Shown piece by piece: positions 27,409-29,126 of a stretch of DNA of 29,126 nucleotides; positions within the stretch are counted from its first letter, which is position 1, and each line of letters begins with the position of its first letter. Location: assembly GCA_044236265.1 (NCBI GenBank), contig JBIIGV010000025.1, forward strand, positions 1 to 29,126. The letters run 5' to 3'. Below the pieces are notes generated by a model. That model searched no databases. It worked only from the letters and a program-made list of their open reading frames with translations, and had not been told where the DNA came from. Source of the stretch: Oligoflexales bacterium (GTDB lineage Bacteria; Bdellovibrionota_B; Oligoflexia; Oligoflexales; RGVZ01). The position numbers were made by a program, and so were the translations under genes.

Positions 27409-28297
27409 TTTTATCTTTCCTGACCTCGATCTCTATGCGCCGATTTCGCTTCATATTATCCGGAATCGGGCGACCATCCGCAGTCTTCTCCGGAAGAATA
27501 GGTTCTGCACTGCCCCGACCCTCGACCCGAAGTTTTTTAGTATCAACACCTTGAGCCATCATGAACTTGGCCACCTCTGATGCACGCAGCACCGATAAAG
27601 ACCAATTGTCCATCTTTGATCTGGCTGCCGGCGCACTTGCATCTGTGTGTCCAATGACACTGATATACATTGCGTTTTGAATCTGATTAATTGTTTGCGC
27701 CACTTTGACCAATCTCGTTTTTGCCTCGGGAAGCAATTCCACAGATCCAGACGCAAAAGCAATATCCACAGGCAACGCAATACTCATAGTTTGCTTGATC
27801 TCGTCAGCACCAAGAACTGCCTTCAGTTCATCAACTGTCATTTTATCTTTAGCATCCTTCGAAGAATCACTCTGACCAACTCCGCCAGATTTTTTCTGAT
27901 TCTGCCCTTCCTCGAGGCGCTCTAGCACTTCTTCAACAGAGTCAACATTCATCATAGCAATCAACATCTGAACAGCTTTAAAGGCAACTGACTGTGATGC
28001 CTCATTGGCTTCTGCGCCGTCTGACTCACTAGAACTTTCATTTTTTTTGAATGCCTCCATCAACTTCAGGCGGACACACTCCTCATTTTTTGGATCTTTT
28101 GCAGCAAATGAATACATGACGACGAAAAACCCGAACAAAAGCGTCATCATGTCGGCATAAGACACAAGCCATGGCTCGCCTTCTTCATGCTCACCACCGT
28201 GATGAGCGCCACCGCCGTGACCTTCGTCATGGTCATCATGGTGATGTTCAACATGCGCGTTATGGTGCTCTTTTTTATGATCGGACTTTTTGGCCAT
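27395..28297 (-). CDS. motB: MotB-like stator protein with OmpA-like peptidoglycan-binding domain and His-rich N-terminal tail, 300 aa
   Basis: WLVSYADMMTLLFGFFVVMYS TM with the conserved Asp; OmpA-like motifs GHTD, NWSLSVLRA and NRRIEI. ATG 28297 has a GGGAG SD. Confidence 0.85.
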   Translation of the reverse strand: MAKKSDHKKEHHNAHVEHHHDDHDEGHGGGAHHGGEHEEGEPWLVSYADMMTLLFGFFVVMYSFAAKDPKNEECVRLKLMEAFKKNESSSESDGAEANEASQSVAFKAVQMLIAMMNVDSVEEVLERLEEGQNQKKSGGVGQSDSSKDAKDKMTVDELKAVLGADEIKQTMSIALPVDIAFASGSVELLPEAKTRLVKVAQTINQIQNAMYISVIGHTDASAPAARSKMDNWSLSVLRASEVAKFMMAQGVDTKKLRVEGRGSAEPILPEKTADGRPIPDNMKRNRRIEIEVRKDKNVRL

Positions 28298-28305
28298 AAA
28301 TTTCA

Positions 28306-28337
28306 GACACTCCCAATTCATATTTTATGAGAGTGTC
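28306..28337 (-). promoter_or_regulatory. Hairpin occluding the motB Shine-Dalgarno sequence
   Basis: GACACUCUCA-(12 nt)-UGGGAGUGUC forms a 10-bp stem with one U-G pair and ends 8 nt before the AUG. Confidence 0.5.
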
Positions 28338-28384
28338 ATAACCATCTATAGAGGAACAAATTGCCTAGCGATTATTGCCGGCCA

Positions 28385-29125
28385 TCAAAGCAACACAAGA
28401 TTTCCCTGATCAAGCTTGACTAAAGACGTCTTTTTCGCAGCTTCATCCAGTGCCGCGGCCTCTTCGTTTTTGCCGCTAGCCTGTCTCCCGGTAGTGGGCG
28501 CTAAGACGCTCGCTGGCATCGGGGGCAATTCCAGGGATGTATGGTCACTTGACGCGAAAGTTAAATGGCTCTCAGCAGCGATCACAGTCGAAGCAGTTTC
28601 CGGTGTTATTTCCATCTTATCATCTGCAACCGATGAGGCGTCAACAAGACTCCCAACCCCATCAGTACCCCATACATGATTAAAAATCGATTGTGCTCGA
28701 TCCTCGACCGAATCATCTTGTGCATTGCGATGGTGATACGCTTGCAAGGACTCCATGCCCGAGATCATATCATCATCAACCTCTACTGAGGCTGCGCCAT
28801 TGTCTTCATTTGTAAATGATGGCAACGTGAGTGGCATTGTTGCTAAAACTTCCACGTCTTTGAGTGAACGAATTTTTTGCGATGAAGCGCCTATTCTCAG
28901 TCTGTTTAAAGACGAATGAGTATTGCGAATCTGCGGGAAAAATGTTGCTGCCGACTCAACACCGGAACCAGCTGCTAGTGCATTTGACCAGACAACTTCT
29001 GCTGTGACTGCCAGGACATCATCTTCTGGCTGCTCATAGTCGTCGAGACGAGCGCTCAGCACTTCATTTACAAGCGCAGGAAGCTTGAATCGACTTAAAA
29101 ATTTCTTCCTCATCCACTCCGGCAT
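28385..29125 (-). CDS. Hypothetical protein, probably 5'-truncated by the window edge, with an acidic disordered tail
   Basis: Open frame of at least 246 aa running to the window end, same strand as motB; no TM segments, so not MotA-like in the visible part. Confidence 0.6.
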   Translation of the reverse strand: MPEWMRKKFLSRFKLPALVNEVLSARLDDYEQPEDDVLAVTAEVVWSNALAAGSGVESAATFFPQIRNTHSSLNRLRIGASSQKIRSLKDVEVLATMPLTLPSFTNEDNGAASVEVDDDMISGMESLQAYHHRNAQDDSVEDRAQSIFNHVWGTDGVGSLVDASSVADDKMEITPETASTVIAAESHLTFASSDHTSLELPPMPASVLAPTTGRQASGKNEEAAALDEAAKKTSLVKLDQGNLVLL

Positions 29126-29126
29126 G

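Noticed and set aside
28361..28401. Sigma28 or sigma54 promoter for motB (GCCGGCAA; GGCAAT direct repeats)
   Set aside because: No TAAA-like -35 at 15-bp spacing and no GG-N10-GC spacing.
27395..29126. Zorya (ZorAB) anti-phage system or T6SS TssL/TagL call for the MotB-like gene
   Set aside because: The TM motif WLVSYADMMTLL is canonical flagellar-type; no ZorA-like TMs in the visible upstream ORF, and no zorC/D/E or T6SS genes in the window.

Overview
A gene-dense bacterial chromosome segment of roughly balanced GC, mostly encoded on the minus strand. No rRNA, tRNA, CRISPR array or mobile element was recognised. Gene content (efp-accB-accC, a moxR-bat cluster, a FecR-like/Ig protein, a MASE1 hybrid kinase) suggests a delta-proteobacterial or Bdellovibrionota/Oligoflexia-like organism; this is inference only. 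Order: fabH; an AcrB-family RND pump plus TolC with no adaptor gene; a divergent mpg/dinB pair; a translationally coupled moxR-DUF58-hyp-batA-batB(C)-batD-batE operon; a 409-aa hypothetical; accC-accB-efp; a secreted NlpC/P60 enzyme with a Cys-rich insert, divergent from a DedA/VTT-alpha/beta-hydrolase fusion; a MASE1-PAS hybrid kinase; a coupled motB-like/HAMP-PP2C/FecR-like operon; and an ORF at the window edge. The best candidates for undescribed biology are (i) the DedA-lipase fusion head-to-head with the Cys-rich NlpC/P60 hydrolase, and (ii) the MotB-like/PP2C/FecR-like operon with no adjacent motA, a His-rich tail and an SD-occluding hairpin. A symmetric bidirectional extended -10 between mpg and dinB and two sigma28-like promoters are also notable. 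All domain calls come from motifs read by eye; no database searches were run.
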